The notes: generated from the letters alone by a model not told the origin. A stretch of DNA of 64,000 bases from Eledone cirrhosa (GCA_964016885.1 OZ024740.1:186124001-186188000); one strand, 5' to 3'. Counted from the first letter of the stretch, positions 41,500-55,420 are shown. Made by a program: numbers and translations.

Positions 41500-43290
41500 G
41501 TGCAGGTTGTTTTTCTCCATTTGAACACAGTTTTCTTGTCCACAACCACCTGGTCAGGTCTATTGTGTTCCAGTTTCTTGTCCGGCTGTATCCTAAAATC
41601 CTACAGCACCTTCAACTGATCGTTTTCTATCACCGACTCTGGCTTATGCTCATACCACTTCTCAGAATGTGGTAAATTGTTTACTTTGCATAGGTGCCAG
41701 TGGATCACCCTGCCCATCACATCATGTCTCCAGCCCTTATAGTGAGTCTGGGCTAGGTGTTTACACTCGGATACAATGTGAGCTACATTATCCTCTCTCT
41801 CTCTCTCCACAGATCCTGCACAGTGGGCTAGCTTCCTCCTTGTAAATATGGTGTTTCAACCACTTCGTTTTGAGGGCCTGCTCTTGCGCAGCCATTAGCA
41901 TTCTTTCTGTAGCCTTTTTAAGGTCTCCTCTTTTCAACCAGTTCCATGTCTGTGGATCTCTGAATTCAGTTTTCTCAAAGAAGGTACTATGAAGGGATTC
42001 TTCCTGAAGGCTGCTCTTTCTCCTTGTTATTTCCTCCTTGGACATCCCCTGGTCTATTGTCCTCTCCTTCAGTACAATTCTGAGCATTGGCTCCTTACTA
42101 TAGGTCACGTATTTGTATAGGTTGTTTTTCTCCATCTGAACACAGTCCTCTATGCTGATAAGACCTCTTCCACCCTCAGATCTCCTTAGGTAGAGTCTAT
42201 CGACATCACTCCTCTTGTGGAACATGTTGTAGATAGTCAATAGCTTCCTAGTCTTCCTATCCATTTCTTTTTGTTCAGCAACATTCCATCTCAGAATTCC
42301 CGCACTGTACCTAATAATAGACACAGCTCGGGAATTTACTGCGCTTATGGCATTCCTACTGTTCAGATGTGACTTTAATACATTCCTTACTCTCCGAATG
42401 TATTCAGATCTTATCTATTCCTCCATTTTTTTTGTTCTTGATGTCATCAGCCTCCAGAACACCCATATACTTGTATCCTTCTTCAGTGTCAATTTCCTTT
42501 ATCATCTCACCTGTTGGTACCTGGATTCCGTTGCTTCTGCTCAATTTACCCCTCTTCATCACAAGGACTCCACACTTACTAATACCAAATTGCATACACA
42601 TATCATTGCTGAAAATACGGACAGTGTCAACAAGCACATCCAACTCCTTCTCACTCTTCCCGAAGAGCTTAAGATCGTCCATGAAGAGGAGGTGATTGAT
42701 GGTAAGCTCCCCCTTTCCCAACTTGTAACCTGCTCTCACTTTTCGCATTATAATGGTCAGGGGCATCAGGGCAAGGACAAACAACAGAGGGGACAGACTA
42801 TATACCTCTCTTGATCTTCACGCCTCCCAAGGATTCTCCAGCTGATGTTAACTCTGTTTTCCAGGACTTCATACTTTTGCCCAACAACTGTCTGATGTTA
42901 TCTTCCACCTTGAAGATCTCTAGGCTTTTGGTGATCCAAGAATGAGGCACCATGTCAAATGCCTTTTTGTAGTCTATCCATCCCATGGCAAGACCAGTGT
43001 GTCTCCTCTTGCAATTCCTCATTACCATCTTATCAATAAGTAACTGGTCCTTTGTGCCACGGGACTTCTTTCGGCATCCTTTCTGTCCGTCCGGTAACAA
43101 GTTGTTTGTGTGGAGGTGATGGTAGATTTCCTCAGACATAATGCTTTTCAACAGATTCCACATTACGGACAGACATGTGATAGGTCTATAGTTGGTAACA
43201 TCATTACCCTTGATTCGGTCTTTCATTACCAGAACTGTGGTACCTTTTGTCAACCACTCTGGTACCTCACATGACATCAAGCATTCATTG
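41500..43290 (-). mobile_element. R4/Dong-clade RLE non-LTR retrotransposon, family A copy 1 (truncated at both ends, frameshifted)
   Basis: Motifs: [37 protein letters not shown]...C, RHD, PD. Confidence 0.9.
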
Positions 43291-43328
43291 TTGTTATTAT
43301 TATTATTATTATTATTTTTGTTGTTATT

Positions 43329-45201
43329 CCTTGAACCTCAGTCATTGATGTTGGCTAACTGGAAAGTCCGTTGGATTGAATATCAAGCCGCTACCTGCAG
43401 CCTCAGATATTCAGGACGTATCGGAGGGTTCTTGCTGTTCCAAGCAAGCATGCCTTTTGAAGCGTTCCAAAAAGCGTGAAGGGGCCGATTTTCTTTAACC
43501 ATCCCTGGGAACTTTTGGAGATAGTCCCTAGTGCGCCTACGACAATGGGATCACTTTGACTTCATGGCAGTTCCAAATCCTTTTCACCTCCCACTTTAGG
43601 TCCTGGTATCGGTTAATTTTCTCCCTCTCCTTCTCTTGCACTCTCGTGTCGAAAGGGCAGGCCACATCCACAATCAGACACGATCTTTTTTCTTTGTCCA
43701 CAACCACCAGGTCAGGTCTATTGTGTTCCAGTTTTTTGTCCGTCTGTATCCTAAAATCCCACAGCACCTTCACCTGATTGTTCTCCATCACCGCCTCTGG
43801 CCTATGCTCATACCATTTCTCAGAATGTGGTAAATTGTTTACTTTGCATAGGTGCCAGTGGATCACCCTGCCCATCACATCGAGTCTCCAGCCCTTATAG
43901 TGGGTCTGGGCTAGGTGTTTACACTCGGACACAATGTGAGCCACAGTCTCCTCTCTCCACAGATCCTGCACAGAGGGCTAGCCTCCTCCTTGTAAATATG
44001 GTGCTTCAACCACTTCGTTTTGAGGGCCTGCTCCTGCGCAGCCATTAGCATTCCTTCTGTAGCCTTTTTGAGGTCTCCTCTTCTCAACCAGTTCCATGTC
44101 TGTGGATCTCTAAATTCAGTTTTCTCAAAGAAGGTACTATGAAGGGATTTTCCCTTAAGGCTGCTCTTCCTCCTTGATGTTATTTCCTCCTTGGACATCC
44201 CCTGGCCTACTGTCCCCTCCTTCAGTACAGTTCTGAGCATTGGCTCCTTACTATAGGTCACGTATTTGTATAGGTTGTTTTTCTCCATCTGAACACAGTC
44301 CTCTATGCTGATAAGACCTCTTCCACCCTCAGATCTCCTTAGGTAGAGTCTATCGACATCACTCCTCTTGTGGAACATGTTGTAGATAGTCAATAGCTTC
44401 CTAGTCTTCCTATCCATTTCTTTTTGTTCAGCAACATTCCATCTCAGAATTCCCGCACTGTACCTAATAATAGACACAGCTCGGGAATTTACTGCGCTTA
44501 TGGCATATCTGCTGTTCAGATGTGACTTCAATACGCTCCTTACTCTCCGAATGTATTCAGTTCTTAACAATTCCTTCATTTTTTTGTTCTTTATGCCATC
44601 AGCCTCCAGAACGCCCAAATACTTGTATCCTTCCTCAGAGTCAATTTCCTTTATCATCTCACCTGTTGGTATCTGGATCCCGTTACTTCTGCTCAACCTA
44701 CCCCCCCTCATCACAATGACTCCACATTTACCAATACCAAACTGCATACATATATCACTGCTGAAAATACGGACAGTGTCAACAAGCACATCCAAGTCCT
44801 TCTCACTTTTCCCGAAGAGCTTAAGATCGTCCATGAAGAGGAGGTGATTGATGGTAATCTCTCCCCTTCCCAACTTGTATCCTGCTCTCACTTTTCGCAG
44901 CATAATGGTCAAGGGCATCAGGGCAAGGACAAACAACAGAGGGGACAGGCTATCTCCCTGGAAGATACCTCTCTTGATCTTCACGCTTCCCAAGGATACT
45001 CCAGTTGATGTCAACTCTGTCTCCCAGGACCCCATACTCCTGCCTAGCAACTGTCTGATGTTATCTGCCACCCTGAAGATCTCCAGGCTTTTGGTGATCA
45101 AAGAATGAGGCACCATGTCAAATGCCTTTCTGTAGTCTATCGATCCCATGGCAAGATCAGTGTGTCTCCTCCTGCAATTCCCCATTACCATCTTATCAAT
45201 A
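43329..45201 (-). mobile_element. R4/Dong-clade retrotransposon, family A copy 2 (5'-truncated, frameshifted)
   Basis: FQGDSLSPLLF, FMDDLK, CCHC knuckle and the RPD..D..K nuclease motif. The 3' UTR is followed by (TAA)n. Confidence 0.92.
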
Positions 45202-45215
45202 TTATTATTATTATT

Positions 45216-47580
45216 TGCATTTATCTTGCTTTATGTTTATACGAGTTATCACCAAGTCACAACCAGTGACCTCAAGAGACAACAAGGTCCGCCATGTTCA
45301 AGAAAGAACACACATATTCACACATGCATCCTTAGTGTTTAGACTTGTGATGTACTTATATTGACAGGATCTTCCTTAGTATATGGGCAGTTCCCATTAG
45401 TACTATCTTTTGTATTTCTCCTATACGCGGGTTTCCTGGGATTTGCGATAAGTAGTCGTTAGACCCCTTAGGTATCATTCCCAGAGCGCCTACAACCACT
45501 GGTATTGTTTTAGTTCTCAATTTCCACATTTTTCCAATTTCTATCTCCAGGTCCTTATACTTGCTCAATTTTTCAAATGTTTTTATAGATACATTCTTGT
45601 CTATTGGAACAGACATATCAATTAGCAGGCATACTCTCCTTTGAAAGTCCTTCAATATTATATCAGGTCTATTTGCATCTATTTTTCGGTCTGTTTGGAT
45701 GCTAAAGTTCCACAAGATTGAGATGTGATCTTTTTCAAGTATGGGAGGTGGTTGATGCTCCCACCAATTCTTTTGATGGGGCAGGTCAAAATGCTTACAC
45801 ATTATCCAATGTATGTATTGTGCAGCTCTGTCATGCCTGTTTAGGTATTCGGTTGGAGCTATAGGACTGCACATTGAAATTATATGGTCAATGGTCTCTG
45901 GTTGTTTTTTGCATACACGGCATAATGGGCTGCACCCATTTTTTATTATGTTGGCTTGGTAATTTTTTGTTGGCAGACACTGATCTTGTGCGGATATAAT
46001 CAGTCCTTCAGTCTCCGATTTCAGTCCAGAGGATGCCAACCACTGATGGGTTAAAGTTTTGTCAACATCAGGATTGTTAGCTCGCTCTGGGTATTTTCCA
46101 TACAGAGGCTTTTCTTGCCATTTCTTAGCCAGTTTCTGTAGCAGTTCTTTCTTTGCAGTTACTTTTACCTGCTTTGCTTTTTCTGTGTTTTCCATTTCAG
46201 CAGTAAATGGGACTTCTGAAATTTGTAGTCCATTACTGTATCTTTGTGCATCTTTTGTAATGGAATATGATCTTTTGGTGCTTTCGTGTTTCAAAACGAG
46301 TTTGATCATCCAATCATGTGATTCCCTTAGATATGTGGATAATCCAATTGTTGCAGTTTTCAACGCAATGTCTAACTGGATTAACCCACGTCCTCCTTCT
46401 TTCCTAGGGAGATATATTCTATCTATGTCTGCCTTAGGGTGATGCATTCTGTGCATGGTTAAGAATTTTCGGATTTTTGTATCGAGCCTACGGATCTCTG
46501 TGCTTGACCAGTTGATGACATTGTAACTGTAGGTTACTACTGGTATGGCAAGCGTGTTTATGGCATCGATCCTATTCCTTGCATTCAATTCCGTTCTTAA
46601 GATTGCTCTGACTCTGCGGTAACATTCCTTCCTTATCCTTTCCCTCATTGTCGAGTGCTTGATTCCGTCTCCTTCACAAACACCTAGATATTTGTAAGTT
46701 TGTTCTTGATCAAGCTCTCTTATCACGTTCCCCCGATCAAGATTAATGTCTGAACTCTTCAGCAGCTTTCCTCTGGTGAACGTTGCTTTGGCGCATTTAT
46801 CCAGTCCAAACTCCATTTTAATGTCATCACTGAACTGCTTCACAGTGGATAATAGCCCTTGCAATTGTTCATCATTTTTTGCGAATAGTTTCAGGTCATC
46901 CATGTAGAACAGGTGATTAATGGTTTTGTCATAGACTCTATATCCATGTTTTGTTTCATTGAGCATTTTACTTAATGGTATAAGTGCGATGCAGAATAAA
47001 AGCGGTGATAAAGAGTCACCCTGAAAAATTCCACAATTAATGTTAACTTCTCCAGCTTCCAGTGATTTTGTTTCACTATTCAAAAGGAGTGTCGTTCTCC
47101 ATGTCCTCATACTGAATGACAAAAACCTCCTGACAACGGGGGATATTTTGAAAATCTCTAAACATTTTTCAATCCAACTGTGTGGCAAACTATCAAATGC
47201 TTTTTTATAATCTATCCAAGCAATCGATAGATTTTTGTGTCTATTATGACAATCTTCCAGTATCATTTTGTTAACCAGAAGCTGATCCTTACAGCCATAT
47301 GAGCCTCGTTTACACCCTTTCTGCTCAATGGGAAATAGGTCATTTGTTATCAGGTGGTCATATGTGTATTCAGTTAGGACTGATGTTAAAATTTTATACA
47401 TTGTGGTCAAGCAGGTTATCGGTCTGTAATTTTTGGGATTGTTTGTCTCATCATTCTTCGGTAGCAGGAATGTAATGCCGTTAACTAGCCATGATGGTAT
47501 CTTTTCTGGCTCCTTAACTATTTCATTGTAAAGTTGGGCTAACAGCTCATGAGACAGTTGGGCTAACAGCTCATGAGACA
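45216..47580 (-). mobile_element. R4/Dong-clade retrotransposon, family B (5'-truncated, RT-ZnF-RLE ORF intact)
   Basis: The frame 47580-45356 is open: [33 protein letters not shown]...C, RHD, RPDI..D..EKLSKY. (TAA)n lies on both sides. Confidence 0.93.
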
Positions 47581-47613
47581 TTATTATTATTATTTTTATT
47601 ATTATTATTATTA

Positions 47614-47687
<74 letters not shown>

Positions 47688-47693
47688 GTTATT

Positions 47694-49271
47694 CCTTGAA
47701 TCTCAGTCATTGATGTTGGTTAACTGGAAAGTCCGTTGGATTGAATATCAAGCCACTCCCTGCAGCCTCAGATATTCAGGACGTATCGGAGGGTTCTTGC
47801 CGTTCCAAGCAAGCATGCCTTTTGAAGCGTTCCAAAAAGCGTGAAGGGGCCGATTTTCTTTAACCATCCCTGGAAACCTTTGGAGATAGTCCCCAGTGCG
47901 CCTATGACAATCGGGATCACTTTGACTTCATGGCAGTTCCAAATCCTTTTCACCTCCCACTTTAGGTCCTGGTATCGGTTAATTTTCTCCCTCTCCTTCT
48001 CTTGCACTCTCGTGTCGAACGGGCAGGCCACATCCACAATCAGGCACGATCTTTTTTCTTTGTCCACAACCACCAGGTCAGGTCTATTGTGTTCCAGTTT
48101 TTGGTCCGTCTGTATCCTAAAATCCCACAGCACCTTCACCTGACTGTTCTCCATCACCGCCTCTGGCCTATGCTCATACCATTTCTCAGAATGTGGTAGA
48201 TTGTTTACTTTGCACAGGTGCCAGTGGATCACCCTGCCCATCACATCGTGTCTCCAGCCCTTATAGTGGGTCTGGGCTAGGTGTTTACACTCGGACACAA
48301 TGTGAGCCACAGTCTCCTCTCTCTCTCCACAGATCCTGCACAGTGGGCTAGCCTCCTCCTTGTAGATATGGTGCTTCAACCACTTCGTTTTGAGGGCCTG
48401 CTCCTGCGCAGCCATTAGCATTCCTTCTGTAGCCTTTTTGAGGTCTCCTCTTCTCAACCAGTTCCATGTCTGTGGATCTCTAAATTCAGTTTTCTCAAAG
48501 AAGGTACTATGAAGGGATTTTCCCTTAAGGCTGCTCTTCCTCCTTGATGTTATTTCCTCCTTGGATATCCCCTGGCCTACTGTCCCCTCCTTCAGTACAG
48601 CTCTGAGCATTGGCTCCTTACTATAGGTCACGTATTTGTATAGGTTATTTTTCTCCATCTGAACACAGTCCTCTATGCTGATAAGACCTCTTCCACCCTC
48701 AGATCTCCTTAGGTAGAGTCTATCGACATCACTCCTCTTGTGGAACATGTTGTAGATAGTCAATAGCTTCCTAGTCTTCCTATCCATTTCTTTTTGTTCA
48801 GCAACATTCCATCTCAGAATTCCCGCACTGTACCTAATAATAGACACAGCTCGGGAATTTACTGCGCTTATGGCATTTCTGCTGTTCAGATGTGACTTCA
48901 ATACGCTCCTTACTCTCCGAATGTATTCAGTTCTTAACAATTCCTTCATTTTTTTGTTCTTTATGCCATCAGCCTCCAGAACGCCCAAATACTTGTATCC
49001 TTCCTCAGAGTCAATTTCCTTTATCATCTCACCTGTTGGTATCTGGATCCCGTTACTTCTGCTCAACCTACCCCTCCTCATCACAATGACTCCACATTTA
49101 CCAATACCAAACTGCATACATATATCACTGCTGAAAATACGGACAGTGTCAACAAGCACATCCAACTCCTTCTCACTTTTCCCGAAGAGCTTAAGATCGT
49201 CCATGAAGAGGAGGTGATTGATGGTAAGCTCTCCCCTTCCCAACTTGTATCCTGCTCTCACTTTTCGCAGC
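47694..49271 (-). mobile_element. R4/Dong-clade retrotransposon, family A copy 3 (5'-truncated, uninterrupted ORF remainder)
   Basis: 497 aa open frame (47768-49261) running from FMDD through the RLE domain. Same 3' UTR as copy 2; (TAA)n on both sides. Confidence 0.93.
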
Positions 49272-49336
<65 letters not shown>

Positions 49337-49544
49337 GGCGACCTACGTAGTAAATCGTATCATCGTGAGCTCCGCAAAGGTTTGTTATTTCCGTTTGTTA
49401 AAAATTGCCATTTATGGAAAATGTTATTGTTAACTGTTTATAAGTGCACATACATTGTTTTCCGAAAAGGACACCCAAAAAGATTGGGACCTTGTGCCCA
49501 AAATTTAAACTTTTATTATTATCAAAAAATTTCTTTGAAAAAAA

Positions 49545-51512
49545 ATGGCTAAATCACCTCTGCACCAAGCAGCTAAGAGCCTGCCTCACAAATTAACACC
49601 TCGCACCGACACCACCATTTTAAATATTACTACATTTGCCAACACAAAAAGTTTAAGCAGTAGCAATATTTTAAATTTGTCTCAGGCAGACATTCATTTC
49701 CCGCCATTACCAATGACTGCAGGTGTTAAAGCCGCCACCACCACCACCACCGCGACAACCACCACCCCCACCATCACCGCGACAACAGAAACAAAAGGAA
49801 AAAATAAATCAACTCGTGATGTCGAAATATTTTCAACCAAAATCGACTCATCCACACTGAACACAACTGACGTCACCACCACCACAACTGAAACTAAAAT
49901 TAATAATAACAAAAATAACGATAACAACAACAGCAACATTGACATTAAAAAAACTACCCTGAGTTTTGCCAGAGTAGCAAAACAGTGCGAAGCATTTACA
50001 TTTACGATAACTCAGGAGGAATTAGAAAATGCCAAAAAAATGGTAAAGAAAGATGGGTACAGGGTCAGCCTCACCCCCCCCCCCCCTAATGAAATGGAGC
50101 ATCGGCGCTTATGCACCGTGTCGTATCGAGCAATTAATGTAAAATCGCGCCGAGTGGAACGGGCATCCGAGTCCCAAATCCCAAAAGCTTTTGGACATGT
50201 GTGGGCAACAAAAACCCACATCAGACGTGGGCAGAAGTATGGAACCGTGGACGTGTTCTTTGAAACACCAGAGGAGGCTAGATAACACTCCATGGCCCCA
50301 TTAAGAAGTGACGACTTCACACTCGTCCCAAGCTATTGTGGCCAGAGACTCGTAAAGATCAGGGTGACCCACGTTCCACCGGCCATCGAAATTCCCTGGC
50401 TAATAGCGGCCGCCCTCGCCGGCATCGAAGCCAACACAAAGATAATAGCAATAGCAAAAGAAAAGCAGGAGAACTGGTCCGGATCTGGGATGGAGCTCCT
50501 GATCCAAGCGGACCAAAAAAGCATTGAGGAGATCCCAGAGATAATAGACCTCACTGACGGCAGCCACCTCACCGTAATTGTCGAGGGCAGAAAGCCTAGG
50601 TGTGTCGTTTGTCGTGAAGGAACCCACCTAATGGCTTTCTGCCCTCAGGCTAAAAGGTTGAGGCCACCTCTCCAACCCACCCCAGTGACTCAACCATCAA
50701 CATCACCAGTAGCAGAGATGGCAGCAACAACTGTAGCAGCAACAACAGAAGCAACTATAACAGCAACAACCCCAGCAACAGTAGCAAAACCAACACCACC
50801 CAACGCTTCAGAACTAGCACCAGCGCCTACACCATCCACCACGCAACAACTAAAACTAACGCCTGTGGAGGATTTTCCACTCCCCGGTCTATCAAAACTG
50901 GAGACTGATTGTGACGACAAGGAGTGGGAAACGGTATCAGGAAAAAAGAAAAAAAGAAACCAAAAAAGAAAAAATTATCTTCCTTCCCCCTCCAAAAACA
51001 AAATACAGACGGAAACAAATAAATTAACAAACAAAAAAGTTAAGACAGATATGCCACCATCCACACCAGCATCACCAACCCCATCACCCCAAATACCAAC
51101 ACCATCACCATCATTAACCCCAACACCACCATCACCTACACCACAAAAGTCACTAAAGTGCGAAACAGAAACAAACCCACAACAAATGCAAACAAAACAA
51201 AACAACCAAAACGATACACACGACACATCATTAAATTTGAACAACAACCAAGTATTGCACTGCATCCTACACAACACCAGCATCACAGAAAAAGACTACA
51301 CAGCAACCCAAAAATTCACACCACCTCCACACATACAAATCACTCGCATCACACAGAAAACGTACATGACACTAAAACAAAAATTCCCCAAAGACATCGG
51401 AGACTTCCGACAAGCACTCTCCAGGAGGATTTATAAGGACATCCTACCTGAGGAGGCCACAAGCAGTGAAAAGGATGGAAAAACCGTCCTTCCTCTACGA
51501 GAAGTAAGGTAA
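49545..51512 (+). pseudogene. Tx1 ORF1 (gag-like, zinc knuckle), one internal stop at about 50283
   Basis: CVVCREGTHLMAFC (CX2CX4HX4C), W.TV..KKKK, and Pro/Thr-rich linkers. ORFs 49545-50285 and 50292-51512 are in the same frame. Confidence 0.8.
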
Positions 51513-51559
51513 GTGGTCTTTCCCATCTTTTCCACTCCATTTCAACATAACCTCACTCA

Positions 51560-54500
51560 GAATAGGCAGCATAAATGCGCGTGGCTTGGGGTCGTCTTGG
51601 AAGCAGGGCCACCTGCTCAACGACCTCAGGTCACTAAATATAGATGTGGCCATCAGCGAGACCAGAATCTCCGAAGCACGGGCCTTCGCACCGTACGTCG
51701 GCGGCTACGATGTGTACGCATCTCCCAGCCGTCCGGGATCGGGGGTGGAGTTACTGTGCTTTTTCGGAGAGGTTTGGATCTTGCCATACGGGCCATCTTC
51801 CTGGACCCAGAAGGTAAGTTGGTGGTGCTGGACGTGACCAGCAGAGACGGGCAAGCTTTCAGGCTAGTGGCCGTCTATGCCCCGACAGGAGCAGGGCGGC
51901 CTGATTTCTTCCGGCGTCTGGAGACCTTTCTTGGAACGTCGCGCTCTTTAGTTTTAGTGGGCGACTGGAACGGGATCTTAGATGCACGCTGGGACTGTGT
52001 GGGATTAGTGGATAGGGGAGGAGGGTGCAAGAGTCTCACCAACCTGTTCAGGCGTTTTGAACTGTCTGACAGGTACCGATTGGATTTCCCGAATGTACCA
52101 ATGTGGACTTGGACAAATCGCATAGGGTCATCCAGATCATATCTAGATAGAGTATTTTGTAGGGAAATAGATAGGTCTAGCATAGGCTGTCCACAATTCA
52201 AGATAGTCAGCTACACGGACCACAAATTCGTGATCTGTGTGCTTGACTTATATAGGCTTCATAGACGAGGACCAGGCTACTGGAAGCTAAACGCGTCCTT
52301 ACCAGCGGGCGAGGCCTACAGAGACCGGATTAGCGAACTAGTTAAGTGGTGGTTTGCTCTGAAAAGAGCAATTAGAATAGAGTCCATTAGCTTTAGTAAG
52401 GTTTTAGCAATAGAGAAATATAGAGCAGAGGGAGAATTAGTTAGAAAATTAGATGAGGCGCTTTGCAAAGGCATCGCGACCGACGTACTTGCGGCGAAAT
52501 TGGCCCTTGACCAATTCTTCAATGCAAAGCACGAAGGCTGCATTGTCAGAGCTAGGATGCGTGCTCTCAGACACGAGGGGACGAAAGCCGTTCAATGGGC
52601 CCGAGTGGCTGAGGCGCGTCGTGGCAACAAAGCCACGATCCGGTCTACTCGATCCCAGGAAAATGTGTGAAGCTTTTCAGCGACACTTCGCTCAACTGTT
52701 CGGGGGCCGCGGCGGGCCGGATCGAGGGATGGACTTTAGTGTCTACGTTGACGGACTGCTGCGGCTCTCGACCACTGAGGCGGAGTGTTGCGAAAAGCCG
52801 ATAACAGCCGCTGAAGTACGGGAGGCAATGACTGGCTGCGCAAGGGGTAAATCGCCTGGTTTGGATGGTCTGTCCTATGAACTTTACGTACAAATGCCAG
52901 ACTTGTTCAGAGGCCTCTTGGCGGACGTCTACTGCAACTGGCAACAGAACGGGATAATTTCCGGCTCTGTGAGCCGAGGAGCGGTGGCGCTGCTGAGAAA
53001 GGATCCGAACAAGGGGGATAACAGATAATTTTAGGCACATTACTCTGCTAAATACAGAGTTCAAGATTTTGGCCAAGGTGCTAGCAAATAGGTTGGCGCT
53101 TGTCGTTGGTGGTCTGGCGGGAGAGGCGCAGACATGCGCCATTCCCGACAAATCCATCCACGACAACCTCCACCTCATGCGATACATCGTAGAGAGGGTA
53201 GCTAGGGAACCTGGCACGGGTGGGTCTTTGATAAATTTAGATCAGTCGAAAGCCTTCTATAGGGTCGACCATCGTTACCTAGCGGCAGTCCTGAGGGCGG
53301 CTGGCTTTGGGCCCGTCTTCAGAGGCTGGATCGCTGCCATGCACAGCGACATCTGCTCTGTGGTGAGAGTGAACGGTCACCTTTCGGAACCGTTCAACAT
53401 CATGCGCTCGGTCCACCAAGTATGTCCCCTCTCGTCCCTCTTGTACGTATTGGCTCTCGAGCCATTACTGCACAAACTGGAGACGTTGAGGGGGGTCCCG
53501 CGCGAACTAGGATGCGGAAGATCCGTGTCAGCATATGCGGACGATGTCACCGTAGTGGTCTCGAACGCCAAAACACATCGAGGCGATCGGTACTACACTA
53601 AGAGAATACGAAGCGGTGACAGGAGCAATGATCAACCAGGGAAAGTCAGTGGGCCTGCAGCTCGGCACCTGGAGAGGCAGTTCCATACCGTCCAATAGCG
53701 TCGTCGGGCGCTGGACGGACGGACCGGTTAAATTGCTAGGGGTCTGGTTCGGTCCGGACCTCCAGACGGACAAAAACTGGGACCAGGTGACGAGCAGGGT
53801 GGCTTCTCTCACCCAGAAATGGGCTGAGAGGAAGCTATCCCTGAAAGGTCGAGCGGAGGTGGCTAACGCGTCATCTACTACCGCCTGACCGTCGTACCTT
53901 GTCCCAAGCCCCGCCTGACTGCGCTGGAGCGTTTGCTCTTTCGCTTTTTGTGGAAGGGATGCGCTCCGATGGTCAGGCGGTCCATCTGCTGTCAACACCC
54001 GCTACGTGGAGGGCTGGGCAAGCCGTGGCTGATGATGCGCAGACACGCGCTCAGGCTACGACATCTCCACCTCTTCCTCGACGGTGATCAGGTGTGGTCG
54101 CCGTTTGGTAGACACGTCTTTCCCCAGCTCGTCTCCTTGACGGAGCTGCAGTCCTGGGTCAAGCGAAGACCGAGAGGGAGCGCTTGGAGACTGGAATGTC
54201 TTCAGGCGCTCACAGCCCTTGACCAATCGGGCAATGTGATCGGTGCAAACTACACCTTGGCATTCTATAGAGGATTAGTGGAGGTAAAGAACGACGGGTA
54301 CTTGGAGAAACTCTAGGCGTCGACGAAAATTAACTAGCCAATCTCTTTGGAAGGACTTTCGGGCCAGGGCCTATGGACAACTTCCAGAAATCCCTGGCCT
54401 GGCAATGCTACCGGGGAGCTTTGTCTGTTCGGGATAAACTCTACAGGCATGGAGGTGCCTCAGCCGGGAATGTCCGAGATGCGCGCAGGGCGACGAAACC

Positions 54501-54886
54501 GTCCTGCACGCACTCGTCCAGTGTCCGAGCATTGCTGACTTGTGGTTTATGTCGAACACCTGCTGTCACGTGTAGGACGGATCCAGCTATCAGCTGAGTC
54601 CATCGTGAGGATTGCGCCACCCTCTTCCTTTAGCCGGGAAGGGCAGGCAGTTTTTATCTGTCTGGTGGCCATGGCGAAAGAGATAGTATTGTGAACACGT
54701 TTGAAAGGGCTGAAGACGAGCACTTACCTCTTCGGTGATGCCCTGATTAACTTTTTCAAATTTCATTTGAAAAGGAAAATCAGGGTAGAGAGGGAAGTGC
54801 TCTCTTCCCAGCATTTTGTTGAAAGATGGGTGAGAGATGCAAGTATGGCCCGAATGAATGGGCCTTCTCTGAGTATGTGTCTGTAA
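51560..54886 (+). pseudogene. Tx1 ORF2 (APE endonuclease + RT + C-terminal zinc finger), multiple frameshifts
   Basis: Motifs: SINARGL, SETR, VYAP, GDWN, YLDR, TDHK, KSPGLDGL, ITLLN..KILAK, LDQSKAF, CPLS, YADD, CPRC..ETVLH..C. Confidence 0.9.
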
Positions 54887-55130
54887 ATTAAAGTTGGAAA
54901 ACTGGGAGAGGGCACTTGCCCTGGTGGTCAGGGTCACTGTGGTCTTTTAATGGGCTTTCTCCACAAATGTCCCTCGGAAGTCTCCCCCCTATTGGGGAAT
55001 TTTTCTTTGTTATTTTATTACATCCTCTGTTTTTTTTTACACGCAGAAATGCCCATTTGTACCGTCCTGTATTGTCCTGTACTGTCCTTAATGTCTACTT
55101 TATGTAAACCCTCGTGGTTAATAAAGAAAA

Positions 55131-55162
<32 letters not shown>

Positions 55163-55164
<2 letters not shown>

Positions 55165-55420
55165 TGTCCACTTATTCCTCAGAGGGTCCTGAGGGCTGTA
55201 TCCTTAAACACTCCTTCCAGCTAGTCTTTTCAGAGGTAATCGTCTTCAGTTGATCCATGAGATCCAATCGCGACCAGGTGCCCTTTTCCGTGCTATCCAA
55301 CCATATTATTGCTGGGCATCTACTACATGGGTATCCTGCCGATCGGTTTTGCCCATAAATTCTGTCCACCAAATTTTTCCTAACCATATACCTGTAATAT
55401 CAGATGTTTTGATCTGACAA
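55163..55420 (-). mobile_element. Old LINE-like 3' end whose tail is the adjacent (TAA)n
   Basis: A GC-balanced, decayed coding-like stretch that ends directly in (taa)n on the minus strand. Family assignment is uncertain. Confidence 0.35.

Larger units (their letters stand above)
49337..55131 (+). mobile_element. Tx1/L1-clade non-LTR retrotransposon, apparently full length but inactivated
   Basis: Two-ORF layout, with aataaa before an (ATT)n tail and (TTA)n at both junctions. Confidence 0.9.

Noticed and set aside
42347-49217. Plus-strand ORFs such as MAFLLFRCDFN and MSTSGLLARS
   Set aside because: They are antisense shadows of the R4/Dong ORFs.
55120-55162. Similarity of the Tx1 3' end (gaaaacattatt) to the SINE 3' end (gaaacaattatt) as a LINE-SINE partnership
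   Set aside because: Only a few low-complexity bases are shared; the upstream tails differ.
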